Positions 39,569-54,650 of a stretch of DNA of 64,000 nt are shown in pieces. The stretch's first letter is position 1, and every line of letters starts with the position of its first letter. The position numbers and the translations under genes were made by a program. This stretch comes from Eledone cirrhosa (lineage: Eukaryota): NCBI GenBank assembly GCA_964016885.1, contig OZ024741.1:152520001-152584000 (forward strand), in the 5' to 3' direction. The notes below the pieces were generated by a model. That model had not been told where the DNA came from. It worked only from the letters and a program-made list of their open reading frames with translations, and made no database searches.

Positions 39569-42500
39569 ATGACCCCACTCAGAATAGGCAGCATAAATGC
39601 GCGTGGCTTGGGGTCGTCATGGAAGCAGGGTCACCTGCTCAACGACCTCAGGTCACTAAACATAGATGTAGTGGCCATCAGCGAGACCAGAATCTCCGAA
39701 GCACGGGCCTTCGCACCGATCTTCGGCGGCTACGATGTGTACGCATCTCCCAGCCGTCCTGGATCCGGTGGAGGAGTTGCTGTGCTTTTTCGGAGAGGTT
39801 TGGATCTCGCCATACGGGCCATCTTCCTGGACCCAGAGGGTAAGCTGGTGGTGCTGGACGTGACCAGCGGAGACGGGCAAGCTTTCAGGCTAGTGGCCGT
39901 CTATGCCCCGACAGGAGCAGGGCGGCCTGATTTCTTCCGGCGTCTGGAGACCTTTCTTGGAACGTCCCGCTCTTTAGTGTTAGTGGGCGACTGGAACGGG
40001 ATCTTAGATGCACGCTGGGACTGTGTGGGATTAGCGGATAGGGGTGGAGGGTGCAAGAGCCTCACCAACCTGCTCAGGCGTTTTGAACTGTCTGACAGGT
40101 ACCGATTGGATTTCCCGAATATGCCAATGTGGACTTGGACAAACCGCATAGGGTCATCCAGATCATATCTAGATAGAGTATTTTGTAGGGAAATAGATAG
40201 GTCTAGCATAGGCTGTCCACAATTCAAGATAGTCAGCTACACGGACCACAAATTCGTGACCTGTGTGCTTGACTTAGATAGGCTTCATAGACGAGGACCC
40301 GGCTACTGGAAGCTAAACGCGTCCTTACCAGCGCGCAAGGCCTACAGAGACCGGATTAGCGAACTAGTTAAGCGGGCGTTGACGGGGGCCATCGTCAACA
40401 ACAAGTGGTGGTTTGCTCTGAAAAGAGCGATTAGAATAGAATCGATTAGGTTTAGTAAGGCTTTAGCAATAGAGAAAAATAGAGCAGAGGGAGAACTAGT
40501 TAGAAAATTAGACGAGGCGCTTAGCAAAGGCATTGCGACCGACGTGCTTGCGGCGAAATTGGCCCTTGACCAATTCTTCAATGCAAAGCACGAAGGCTGC
40601 GTTGTCAGAGCTAGGGTGCGTGCTCTCAGACACGAGGGGACGAAAGCCGTTCAATGGGCCCGAGTGGCGGAGGCGCGTCGTGGCAACAAAGCCACGATCC
40701 GGTCTTTGGTGGACCACGACGGGCGCATGCTACTCGATCCCGGGCAAATGTGTGAAGCTTTTCAGCGACACTTCGCTCAGCTGTTCGGGGGCAGCGGGGG
40801 GCCGGGTAGAGGGATGGACTTTAGTGTCTACCTCGACGGACTGCCGCGGCTCTCGGCCACTGAGGCGAGGTGTTGCGAAAAGCCGATAACAGCCGCTGAA
40901 GTACGGGAGGCAATGACTGGCTGCACAAGGGGTAAATCGCCTGGTTTGGATGGTCTGCCCTATGAACTTTACGTACAGATGCCAGACTTGTTCGGAGGCC
41001 TCTTGGCGGACGTCTACTGCAACTGGCAACAGAACGGGAGAATTCCCAGTTCTGTGAGCCGAGGAGCGGTGGCACTGCTGAGAAAGGATCCGAACAAGGG
41101 GGATAACATAGACAATTTCCGGCCCATAACTCTGCTAAACACAGAGTTTAAGATTTTGGCCAAGGTGCTAGCAAAGAGGTTGGCGCTTGTCGTTGGTGGT
41201 CTGGTGGGAGAGGCGCAGACATGCGCCATTCCCGACAGATCCATCCACGACAACCTCCACCTCATGCGATACATCGTAGAGAGGGTAGCTAGGGAACCTG
41301 GCACGGGTGGGTCCTTGATCAATTTAGATCAGTCGAAAGCTTTCGATAGGGTCGACCATCGTTACCTAGCGGCAGTCCTGAGGGCGGCTGGCTTTGGGCC
41401 CGTCTTCAGAGGCTGGATCGCTGCCATGCACAGCGACATCTGCTCTGTGGTGAGAGTGAACGGTCACCTGTCGGAACCGTTCAACATCATGCGCTCGGTC
41501 CGCCAAGGATGTCCCCTCTCGTCCCTCTTGTACGTATTGACTCTCGAGCCATTACTGCACAAACTGGAGACGTTGAGGGGAGTCCCGCGCGAACTAGGAT
41601 GCGGAAGATCCGTGTCAGCATATGCGGACGATGTCACCGTAGTGGTGTCGAACGCCAAACACATCGAGGCGATCGGCACTACACTAAGAGAATACGAAGC
41701 GGTGACAGGAGCAATGATCAACCAGGAAAAGTCAGTGGGCCTGCAGCTCGGCACCTGGAGAGGCAGGTCCATGCCGTCCAACAGCGTCGTCGGGCGCTGG
41801 ACGGACGGACCGGTTAAATTGCTAGGGGTCTGGTTCGGTCCGGACCTCCAGACGGACAAAAACTGGGACGAGGTGACGAGCAGGGTGGCTTCTCTCACCC
41901 AGAAATGGGCGGAGAGGAAGCTATCCCTGAAAGGTCGAGCGGAGGTGGCTAACGCGTACATCGCGTCTGTCATCTGCTACCGCCTAACCGTCGTACCTTG
42001 TCCTAAGCCTCGCCTGACTGCGCTGGAGCGTTTGCTCTTTCGCTTTTTGTGGAAGGGACGTGCTCCGATGGTCAGGCGGTCCATCTGTTGTCAACACCCG
42101 CTACGTGGAGGGCTGGGCATGCCGTGGCTGATGATGCGCAGGCACGCGCTCAGGCTACGACATCTCCACCTCTTCCTCGACGGTGATCAGGTGTGGTCGC
42201 CGTTTGCTAGACGCGTTTTTCCCCAGCTCGTTTCCTTGACGGAGCTGCAGTCCTGGGTCAAGCGAAGACCGAGAGGGAGCGCCTGGAGACTGGAATGTCT
42301 TCAGGCGCTCACAGCCCTCGACCAATCGGGCAATGTGATCGGTGGAAACTCCACCTCGGCGTTCTATAGAGGATTAGTGGAGGGGAAGAGCGACGACGTA
42401 CTTGGGGAAACTCTAGGCGTCGACGAAAATCAACTAGCCAATCTCTTCGGAAGAACTTTCGGGCCGGGGCCTATGGACAACTTCCAGAAATCTCTGGCCT

Positions 42501-42988
42501 GGCAGTGCTACCGAGGAGCCTTGCCAGTTCGGGATAAACTCTACAGGCATGGAGGTGCCGTCAGCCGGGCATGTCCGAGATGCGCGCAGGGCGACGAAAC
42601 CGTCCTGCACGCACTCGTCCAGTGTCCGAAAATTGCTGACTTGTGGGTTTATGTCGAACACCTGCTGTCGCGTTTAGGACGGATCCAGCTATCATCTGAG
42701 TCTATCGTGAGGATTGCCCCGCCCTCCTCCTTTAGCCGGGAAGGGCAGGCAGTTTTTATCTGTCTGGTGGCCATGGCGAAAGAGATAGTATGGTGGACAC
42801 GTTTGAAAGGGCTGAAGACGAGCACTTACCTCTTCGGTGATGCTCTGATTGACTTTTTCAAATTTCATTTGAAAAGGAAAATCAGAGTAGAGAAGGAAGT
42901 GCTCTCTTCCCAGCATTTTGTTGAAAGATGGGTGAGAGAAGCAAGAATGGCCCGAGTGAATGGGCCGACTCTGAGTATATATCTGTAA
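39569..42988 (+). CDS. LINE ORF2: APE endonuclease + reverse transcriptase + C-terminal Zn finger, 1139 aa
   Basis: SINARGL, SET, VYAP, GDWN, YLDR and TDH (APE). KSPGLDG, FRPITLLN, DQSKAFDRV, RQGCPLS and YADD (RT). CPRC...ETVLHALVQC. Confidence 0.97.
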   Translation: MTPLRIGSINARGLGSSWKQGHLLNDLRSLNIDVVAISETRISEARAFAPIFGGYDVYASPSRPGSGGGVAVLFRRGLDLAIRAIFLDPEGKLVVLDVTSGDGQAFRLVAVYAPTGAGRPDFFRRLETFLGTSRSLVLVGDWNGILDARWDCVGLADRGGGCKSLTNLLRRFELSDRYRLDFPNMPMWTWTNRIGSSRSYLDRVFCREIDRSSIGCPQFKIVSYTDHKFVTCVLDLDRLHRRGPGYWKLNASLPARKAYRDRISELVKRALTGAIVNNKWWFALKRAIRIESIRFSKALAIEKNRAEGELVRKLDEALSKGIATDVLAAKLALDQFFNAKHEGCVVRARVRALRHEGTKAVQWARVAEARRGNKATIRSLVDHDGRMLLDPGQMCEAFQRHFAQLFGGSGGPGRGMDFSVYLDGLPRLSATEARCCEKPITAAEVREAMTGCTRGKSPGLDGLPYELYVQMPDLFGGLLADVYCNWQQNGRIPSSVSRGAVALLRKDPNKGDNIDNFRPITLLNTEFKILAKVLAKRLALVVGGLVGEAQTCAIPDRSIHDNLHLMRYIVERVAREPGTGGSLINLDQSKAFDRVDHRYLAAVLRAAGFGPVFRGWIAAMHSDICSVVRVNGHLSEPFNIMRSVRQGCPLSSLLYVLTLEPLLHKLETLRGVPRELGCGRSVSAYADDVTVVVSNAKHIEAIGTTLREYEAVTGAMINQEKSVGLQLGTWRGRSMPSNSVVGRWTDGPVKLLGVWFGPDLQTDKNWDEVTSRVASLTQKWAERKLSLKGRAEVANAYIASVICYRLTVVPCPKPRLTALERLLFRFLWKGRAPMVRRSICCQHPLRGGLGMPWLMMRRHALRLRHLHLFLDGDQVWSPFARRVFPQLVSLTELQSWVKRRPRGSAWRLECLQALTALDQSGNVIGGNSTSAFYRGLVEGKSDDVLGETLGVDENQLANLFGRTFGPGPMDNFQKSLAWQCYRGALPVRDKLYRHGGAVSRACPRCAQGDETVLHALVQCPKIADLWVYVEHLLSRLGRIQLSSESIVRIAPPSSFSREGQAVFICLVAMAKEIVWWTRLKGLKTSTYLFGDALIDFFKFHLKRKIRVEKEVLSSQHFVERWVREARMARVNGPTLSIYL

Positions 42989-43272
42989 ACTAAAGGTGGA
43001 AAACTGGGAGAGGGCACTTGCCTTGGTGGTCAGGGTCATTGTGGCTTTTTACTGGGCTTTCTCCACAAATGTCCCTCCGAAGTCTCCCCCCTATTGGGGA
43101 ATTTTTCATTGTTATTTTCATTGTTATTTTTGTTACATCCTCTGTTTTTGTTTTTTTTTACACGCAGAAATGCCCATTTGTACCGTCCTGCATTGTCCTG
43201 CACTGTCCTTAATGTCTACTTTATGTAAACCCTTGTGGTTAATAAAGAAATCATTATTATTATGTTTATTAA

Positions 43273-43321
<49 letters not shown>

Positions 43322-43801
43322 TCAAGCTTTGTTGGAATTCCTGGATTCTTGCATGTGTAGCGGATTGCTACTTGCAGCTTACGGTACCATGTTATTTCTT
43401 CTAGTCAACTATCTAATACTTTCCTCATAATTCTGGTCATGTCAACAATGTGAACCTTTTACAGTAACGCTACTATTATTATCCATAATTTGAGGAATAC
43501 ACCAAGTTTCCTTTATTCAAATGTAAGCAGGTAGATCTTAGAAAAGGTACGTGTCTTACAAGTTAACAAATATTGTTTATAACTATCCTAACAATATACA
43601 CAGAGCCTAGTACTGTATTATTCTGCTAGAGTTTAGTACTACTATCTTCACTATGACTATCTTCAGTGGTAATCTCTCAATATTTTGTAGAAATTAGAGA
43701 CGGCATGTGAGACACACTGTAGTAATGATAATAGTAGTGGTGGTGATAGTTGTAGTGTTGTTGATTGTGGTGGTGATGGTAGCAGCAACAATAGTAGTAT
43801 C

Positions 43802-43866
<65 letters not shown>

Positions 43867-44177
43867 GTCACTTCAAAATATAAGATAAAGATAAGATTAT
43901 CATACCACTTTGGTTTGACACACACACATGCATAAACACACACGTATATAAATATATACTCGTACATACATATATAAAATAAATGTAAACACACACACAC
44001 CCTACACGCACATGCACACACACACACACACGCACACACATACATACATACATACATACTTATATATATATATAAATAAATTATCGAGAATCGGAATTTC
44101 GGCCCACGAAATAACGAAACACAATCTTCGAAATGCGTGGCAAAGGGCTCAATAGTTTGGATAAACCAGAGCTATAT

Positions 44178-44263
<86 letters not shown>

Positions 44264-44591
44264 AATAGAGGAGCGCACAGGACAAAGATAAATGAAAAAA
44301 TAACAACGCAAAAACAGATATATATATATATATATAGTCTAGCTGTTGAAACATAATTATGGAAATTTAAACCATATAAGTTGCTGAGTGTTTATATAAA
44401 ACATGAGAGACCGAAGTTTAAATTCATAAGATTTTTACTCGTATTCTTGCGTAACATATATTGCAAATGAGCAGGTCTAAACTTCATGCAGTTATGTAAT
44501 ACCTCCGTAAAATGTAGCTCGAATCTGTTTCGATTTGCTCGTCAGATTCCATAACGATCACAATCTAATGAATTGAAACTTCGATCTCTAA

Positions 44592-44659
<68 letters not shown>

Positions 44660-45404
44660 TAGATTGAGTTATAAACTCAAAATAGTCGTTTACAATTAAA
44701 TACCTCAAAGAAGGGGAACTTTCCGAGCCGTGTAATATAATTGGATATATGAGAGAGGTAATTGGAACACATGTATACTTATATCTGTGTTCACCTCTCT
44801 CATATATCCAATTATATATATATATATTTGTAGGAAAATCGAAAAACTCGACGTAAGGAAGCTGTTAAACAGCAAAATGCTGTCGAAACGGCGTTGGGTA
44901 AGACATTACCTCGAAGGACAGAAATCAGCGGCTCGAAGTAAATTGACTCTTGACTCGAAGAATTGATAGGAATGAAGAAATAGAATAGATGAGAAGAGAC
45001 CACTAACATTAAAATACGCTCATCAGATTTCAGATCCCCTGTAGTTTCAACGATTTAACTGAAATTACTGCGAGGAATAGGTGGATCGTAACAACGGAGA
45101 AATAAATATCTTCGTTGGTATAATGTTTGTGTTGGGATTGGGACAGGTCAGAAAGAGAAAATTGGAGTGCGTCCACTCGAACTCAGGTCATCGCATGACA
45201 GGAAGAACAATGGCATTCATAGCAAAAGTCTCTCAAATGTTTTTCATAAACATCTCTATATTATTCAATATGGAATACGTACATTTATATGTATATATAG
45301 TAGTGGAAAAAACGGGAGGTTATATCCAAAGTTGGTAGAGTACTCATCCCAAAGGACAAGTTCGGTATAGAAATAGTTCCACAACAAATTAACAAACCAT
45401 ACTT

Positions 45405-45440
45405 GAGGACATGTGTTTCATCCGAAGGATTATTCGACTC
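45405..45440 (-). ncRNA. Degenerate hammerhead
   Basis: GAG UCGAAUA AUC-CUUCG-GAU GAAA CACAUG UC CUC. Stems retained, core mutated. Confidence 0.4.
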
Positions 45441-45690
45441 GTGTATGGTTATAGCGAGAACGGAAGTATTTATAAACTGGATGGATTCTGCGCAGATGTC
45501 AGTAATTGAGTCTGTGACAAAGGAAGTAACTCGAGTATGAATGTTGTAGGGGGCGACACCCTTTGAAGAACGAACCCTTGTGATAGTACAACCCAGGTTG
45601 ATCCTCTGGTAATCCTGGGTCCTTCCAGTTACGCAATAAAAATTTCACAGCATGCCTTAAAACGAGAGCCTACTTTTTTAATCTCTGCCC

Positions 45691-45778
<88 letters not shown>

Positions 45779-45781
45779 GTA

Positions 45782-45877
45782 AAAGGCCATGTCAGTAGAA
45801 TGAACCCTTCATTCTTGCATGTTTACATGCCAACACAACAGCAAGAATGAAGTGTTCATTCTACTGACATGGCTTTA
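45782..45877. repeat. ~95-nt hairpin (37-bp arms)
   Basis: aaggccatgtcagtagaatgaacccttcattcttgc / gcaagaatgaagtgttcattctactgacatggcttt. Confidence 0.85.
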
Positions 45878-45985
45878 AAAATAAGACTTGTTTACATATT
45901 TGCAAACGAATCAAATGTTATTATTAATATTCGAAAAACTCAGAATACATTTATTGTATTCAGCCATGTAGAGCGAAAACAAAAT

Positions 45986-46040
<55 letters not shown>

Positions 46041-46245
46041 TATACAGCCGCTCAATGTGTACCGTATCCTATGGTTTCTATATATTATTTTTCTTATTTC
46101 TTAATCTTTTTTTTCCATTACCCTACTTCGATAAAGTTTTTTTTACCCGAAACGTCAGACCCTTTCTTCACTTTCTATTCGGCATAAATATCTCTCCTAT
46201 TCACACATTGTCTTTAATTTTGTACAAATATTTTGTCAACCACAT

Positions 46246-46281
<36 letters not shown>

Positions 46282-46692
46282 CACACACACTTGCATCCTC
46301 AGAGAAACAGCAACAACAGTACCAAGAGCAACAGCAGCAACAACAGCAACAGCGGAACCTCTACTAACATCAACAAATCCGCCAACACCAACAATATCAC
46401 CAACAACTCCACCACTACCACCACCGCCGCCGCCGCCGCCAGCTCTACCAATACCACGACTAAGAACAACAACACTATCAACGAAAACAGCAAGAGCGCC
46501 AATTTGATGTGTGTAATGAGAAGGAAATAGATTGTAAGTGGCTTGTTTAGACAAGTCTTATATTGGGGTGAAAGAGAGAGAGAGAGAGCTCTATATGTGT
46601 GTGAGTATGTGTGTGTATTAAAGTATGCGTTTAAAATACTGTAGTATTTAATTAATGAACACGCAATATTGGTGAGTAAAATGTAGAATACA

Positions 46693-46729
<37 letters not shown>

Positions 46730-47239
46730 TCACACTAATGAAATAGTTGTAGGTAGACGATTTGGGTGGCTTGAGTAAGGAAAGCAATTACTAAGGCCTG
46801 TATGCATAAGTGAAGGTGCAAGGGACGACATTTTTGCATCTACTATGTGCAGATACCTAGTAGTAGTTGTCAGTCTACTACAATGCTTTTAAGTTGGCTC
46901 CAAATAAAACCTTGTTTTAATGTTTGGGTGTGACTGTTAAATAAACTTCTATATCTGGGGCTGAAGGGAAATGGTTATCTATTAAATTACGAACAATTAG
47001 CTACTTAGTGTAAAATCCATTTTAGCTAAAATCTTTCTCAATTTAGTAAATAATCAAATTCCCATCACCACAACAGATATGGTAGTTTATTTAACTGGAT
47101 CATCCTTAAGTTGAGTTACAGTTGCATTCCAAACATAAAAACAACCAACATAAACAGACCTTCAAACACGTCTAAAGAAAGTTGTTCTTGCAGTTATTTT
47201 CCTACGCAAGCCACACAAATCATCTATCTATCTGTATGT

Positions 47240-47304
47240 AAAATCCCCGGCATGCGTCTTTGTATTGTCCTCTTTTCTTGTGCGCCCTTGTGGCAAATAA
47301 AGAA

Positions 47305-47353
<49 letters not shown>

Positions 47354-47420
47354 ACTTTGTATTTGTCCCCTTCTTTTGCGCCCTCGTGGCAATAAATAGA
47401 AACATATCTGTCTATCTCTA
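47240..47420 (+). mobile_element. Two Tx1-like 3'-end remnants with (TCTA)n tails
   Basis: gcgcccttgtggcaaataaagaaa+(tcta)n resembles the Tx1 3' end at 43230-43250. Confidence 0.6.
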
Positions 47421-48608
47421 GCAAACGTTATAGAAATTGAGAGATGGAGAGAGAAAAGGAACTAGATTTAGAGAGATAGACAGATAGAGAGTGAGATAGA
47501 GATAGGTGTGTGTGTGTGAGTGTGTATAATAAATGTAATTGTATGGATGTACGACAACAGGTAAATGTCTAATATATTGATAATTGTGCAGGTAATACAG
47601 TAGGTGAGGCTGGCAGAAGGAGCGGTTAACGTTCAGTGTGACTCGGCAGACTCGATTATAGTTGGGACTATTTCAAATGAAAGGATAAGTGCAGCATCTG
47701 GATGAGGGTGAGAGCATGTGAACATACCAAACTGGTTGTTTTATAGGGGGAAGGAGCAAGAGAGCCTCTAAAACATCTTGGATATTTTGAAGGAAAGAAG
47801 TGAGACGTAGAAACGTTTGGGAAAGGTTGTTGTCACAATGAATCTCCTTGAGAATTGCGTTACCGGTACACGTGTCTGTGGAAGGTTCAGCCACATACAC
47901 ATTAATTTCGTGAGGAGGCTGTTCTGGTGATCAGATCACTGGAACATTCGCCGTCGAAAGTGACGGAGGTCCATTCCATACCAAAGTCGTACTTCTAGCT
48001 GCACATTGGAAAATGTGGAAACTGGATTTGTTATAGAAGGGTGATATAAAGAGTAGTTGACATAGAATTGGGAACCAATGGGCTTAAAAAAAATATAGAT
48101 GGACAGCTAAGTATTCTCCGTAACACCAAACATCTTGGGTACATTGACCTCTACCTACACGGGTATTGCCTTTACCACCACCAGAGGTTATGTATATACT
48201 GGACTCTACACACGCACCCACCTTATAGAGAGGTAGACAGGCAAGTATTGTCCATAACACCAGAGATACTGTGTGTATTGACCTCTACCTACGCACACAT
48301 TACTTTTCACTATTCATTCACACAAGTATATCACATGTGTCCATTGAATATTGGTTATACACTGAGAATAAATAATGGTATTTATTCTCACACACCCATT
48401 GTCTTTTGTCAATGGATTAAAAAAAATACTTTTTAATTCATATAGCACCACCTCTCGAGTGTTGGCGCCACGATAAATTGCACCTAGTACATATACTGTC
48501 GAACTGAGCATTTCTAAATTAATAGCGGCAACGTCCTGATCAATTAAGCCATTAACGAATGTGCAATTAGTGTTATATATTTAGCTGAATTTTCAATAAG
48601 CTATAGAT

Positions 48609-49236
48609 CAGTGGTTCTCAAACTTGGGTCCACAAAGCTAGTACTAGCTGTTCACAAAGGGTTCAAAAAGCTAGTAGCTTAGTTATTCTCAAAGTGGAAT
48701 TCACTGTAGTAGCACTGGGAGCATTGGGAGGTCGGTGAACTTGGTAGTTCTCAAACTAGGATCCACGAAGCTAACACTAGGAGTCCGTCAGATGGTGGTT
48801 CTCAAACTGAGGTCCATAAAGATAGTGCTAGATGCCTGTGAACTAGGTGGTTTCCAAACTGGGGTTCACAAAGGTAGAATTAGGAGTCCGTGAGCTAAGT
48901 GGTTCATAAACTAGGGTCCCCTAAGCTAGTACTACGAGTCCGTGAGATAAGTGGTTCTTAATCTAGGGTCCACAATGGTAGTATTGGGGATTTGAGAGCT
49001 ACATTCAAAATTTCAAGTACTTTGTAAAAAAACAACATAATATACACAATCTTACCTACATATCTCACAATGCTTCATACACATACACTATTAAGTATCC
49101 ATTCTTTTTTAAATATAAAAATATCTTTTCCCGCCATGCAACAATCTGTGTGAGGAATAATTGTATCGATGTGTCTGTGTGAAAATTCATTTAAATCAAA
49201 GGGGCTCCTAGATTATAAAAGAGTTGGTAACCACTG
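48609..49236. mobile_element. Non-autonomous hAT (Charlie-like) with internal ~52-bp tandem repeats
   Basis: TIRs CAGTGGTTCTCAA / TTGGTAACCACTG. Flanks ctatagat/atctagtt form an imperfect NTNTAGNN TSD. About 7 repeats each begin gtggttctcaaact. Confidence 0.75.
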
Positions 49237-49729
49237 ATCTAGTTGTAGGACGTTTTTGATTTTTATAACTTTCCGCTGCCCCCCCCCCCCCCCCCATCAA
49301 TTATGACAAGACAATATCATTCCATAGGGGTTTATGGTTCCCTTTTTAGCATAAGATATCTTCACCATATTCTTTACTTCATTACTTACTACAAACATAA
49401 AAACTGTGGTTGAAGGTGTGTGTAGGTTACATAGAATGTTAAATTTCTTTTTCAAATTAAGTAAATAAATAGAAACGAAGGAAATTAATCTAGTCGATTC
49501 CGCTTAGTTGCATAGCTAATGAGCATTGAATCGTTTAGGATAACATCGATGCAATTAATTGATCGGCTAATTGTGTTTGCAGATGAAATAAATTTCCGTT
49601 AATTGCATATATTTATTATTATTATTTTTTCGATATTCAATATTTGTATATATTGAATATCGAAAAAATAATAATATTAAATATATATGTATATATCGAT
49701 ATATAATTCGATATTTTATTTATATATAT

Positions 49730-49762
<33 letters not shown>

Positions 49763-49780
49763 AATTAATATATATATAAA

Positions 49781-49814
<34 letters not shown>

Positions 49815-49829
49815 TTTATATATATATTA

Positions 49830-49953
<124 letters not shown>

Positions 49954-49964
49954 AAATGACTATA

Positions 49965-50545
49965 TATAAGCGACTCAAACCAATGTGGTCGAGAATCACC
50001 ATGCAGGAGTTTTAACGAAAAATCAATTTAACCTAATGACAAATGTTTTGATAATCCAAAACGGAGAAAGCAGGGTCTACTAACATCAATTTTTAACATC
50101 AATGTTTGTACATGTTATAATGATCCTTTATATATAACAGGTGCGATTTTCAAACCTATTTTGTAATCATTTTCCTTATATAACCTGATTTGTATAGAAT
50201 ATTTCCTAACGTCCACACTTTTTCCCCTATATAAATACATACATATATACATATATACAAGAGATGTCAACATGAATGGACCTGTTATTTTTATCTAAAG
50301 ACATTTTTTCCAATTCCAACCCGCCCGTCCCCTCAATCTATCTTATTTCTCATTCTTTCTTCTGATGAAGGACTAACGTCCAAAACGTTAAGACCCTCTT
50401 CCTGCTATATCAAGCGTTAACCTAATATATCCCTTCCATATATTGTACCGATTGTGTTGTTATTTCTGTTTATCTTTTACATACATACACACACAGACAC
50501 ACATACATATATATATATATTGGTTTGAGTCGCTTATATATATAT
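49965..50545 (+). mobile_element. pLTR-like element with 20-bp inverted ends and a mutated hammerhead
   Basis: tataagcgactcaaacca / tggtttgagtcgcttata. Motif UCUU CUGAUGA A GGAC-UAAC-GUCC AAAA CG UU AAGA at 50358-50393 has G12 changed to A. Confidence 0.55.
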
Positions 50546-50705
50546 CAGATAAACCAGGTGCACCATAACCCACCAGGGTACTCTATACCTGGGTTAGTAC
50601 AGTGGGTAAAATGAAAAGATTCAGGACCCCGACGGCTGAGCTCTGGCCGTATCGACAGCGAGATCCGGATCTAGCTGTCGAAACGGCCATATATATATAT
50701 ATATA

Positions 50706-53468
<2,763 letters not shown>

Positions 53469-53509
53469 CGAAACATAAGTCAATTGCATGAACTCATAAT
53501 CCTTTATTT

Positions 53510-53565
53510 ACTGCTATATATATTTCGATGATAGCCATTGAATGGCTATGACCTCATCAGGCAGT
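53510..53565 (-). ncRNA. Type I hammerhead ribozyme, best-formed copy
   Basis: ACUGC CUGAUGA GGUCAUAGCCAU-UCA-AUGGCUAUCAUC GAAA UAUAUA UA GCAGU. 5-bp stem I, long stem II, palindromic stem III. Confidence 0.9.
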
Positions 53566-53742
53566 TAGTCAGTTCTTAGATATGCCAGCTCTGCGTTTAT
53601 AGTGTTGATGGTATCAGAGCCTTGGGACATATGAGCTTGTTAGGAATGAATTAATGTTGTCAGCAGGAATAGTCTTGATTCTCATTGGTCAGTTTGTAGA
53701 TGGTAGTAGGGTTGGTATTTGACCTCAAAGATATATATATAT

Positions 53743-54110
53743 ATACAAGTTAATATAAATTAATATATGATAAACACATAAGTGTTTGTATTGTAAAAGA
53801 CGAAGTTAGCTAGAATGAAATAAACTAATTCAAATAAATATACTTTGCATGTCTCGATTTAAAATAATAAATCAATAAAAACAAACCCATATTGGCGTTT
53901 GTTTTTATTGATTTATTATTTTAAATCGAGACAGCCAAACTATATTTATTTGAATTAGTTTATTTCATTCTAGCTAACTTCGTCTTTTACAATACAAACA
54001 CTTATGTGTTTATCATATATTAATTTATATTAACTTGTATTTCACGGCTCAGAAATGCTTCTTTCTTTGAGCTAATTAATTGTAAAGGACTGTTTGAGTT
54101 TATAACTCTA
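53743..54110. repeat. AT-rich palindrome, 144-bp arms, 10-nt loop, one-sided extension
   Basis: 53743-53886 is inverted at 53897-54040. TA repeats on both sides. Confidence 0.92.
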
Positions 54111-54116
54111 AATATA

Positions 54117-54203
<87 letters not shown>

Positions 54204-54429
54204 GGCTCCAGTTTCAGGAAGAGATAAATTAACAGTAGTTATTACTTGAATATTTACAAACAATCGGTATGGAAAGAATCAGAAGTATTTCAGTTATTCT
54301 TACCATATTTCTAAGAAGAAAAAGAACAAAAAAAACTGTCGATGATTTTCAAATAATTTTAAAAACAATCAAGTATTTGGAATAATTTCGTAAATAATCT
54401 ATCTTTCTCGTTATCAATCTGGTGTGGAA

Positions 54430-54650
54430 GGCGGTGGATTGACAAAATCACTAAAGTCGAAGATAATGCTTCGCGGAATTTAGTTACGGCTCTTTACGTT
54501 CTGAGTTCAAATCACGCCGAGGCTCACTTTGCCTTTCATCCTCCCAGGGTCAATAAAATAAAGTACTAATATTATACTGGGGTCGATGTAATCGATTGCC
54601 CACCACCACCAAATTACAAACCTTGTTCCTATGTTAGAAACAGTTATTAA
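54430..54650 (+). mobile_element. SINE family A, older copy
   Basis: ggcggtggattg...gagttcaaatc...gcctttcatcctc. Confidence 0.8.

Larger units (their letters stand above)
37224..43320 (+). mobile_element. Apparently full-length Tx1-clade (L1 group) LINE
   Basis: 5' UTR, ORF1, ORF2, 3' UTR with AATAAA and (TTA)n on both flanks. Confidence 0.93.

Noticed and set aside
39656-43039. Antisense ORFs within the LINE
   Set aside because: Shadow ORFs of a GC-rich coding sequence.
44521-44550. Minus-strand CUGACGA...GAAA motif
   Set aside because: No UH cleavage site between stem III and stem I, and stem II cannot form.
45869-46554. Thr/Pro- or Asn/Ser-rich ORFs
   Set aside because: Degenerate (CAA/CAG/CCA)n trinucleotide tract joined to microsatellites, with no domain evidence.
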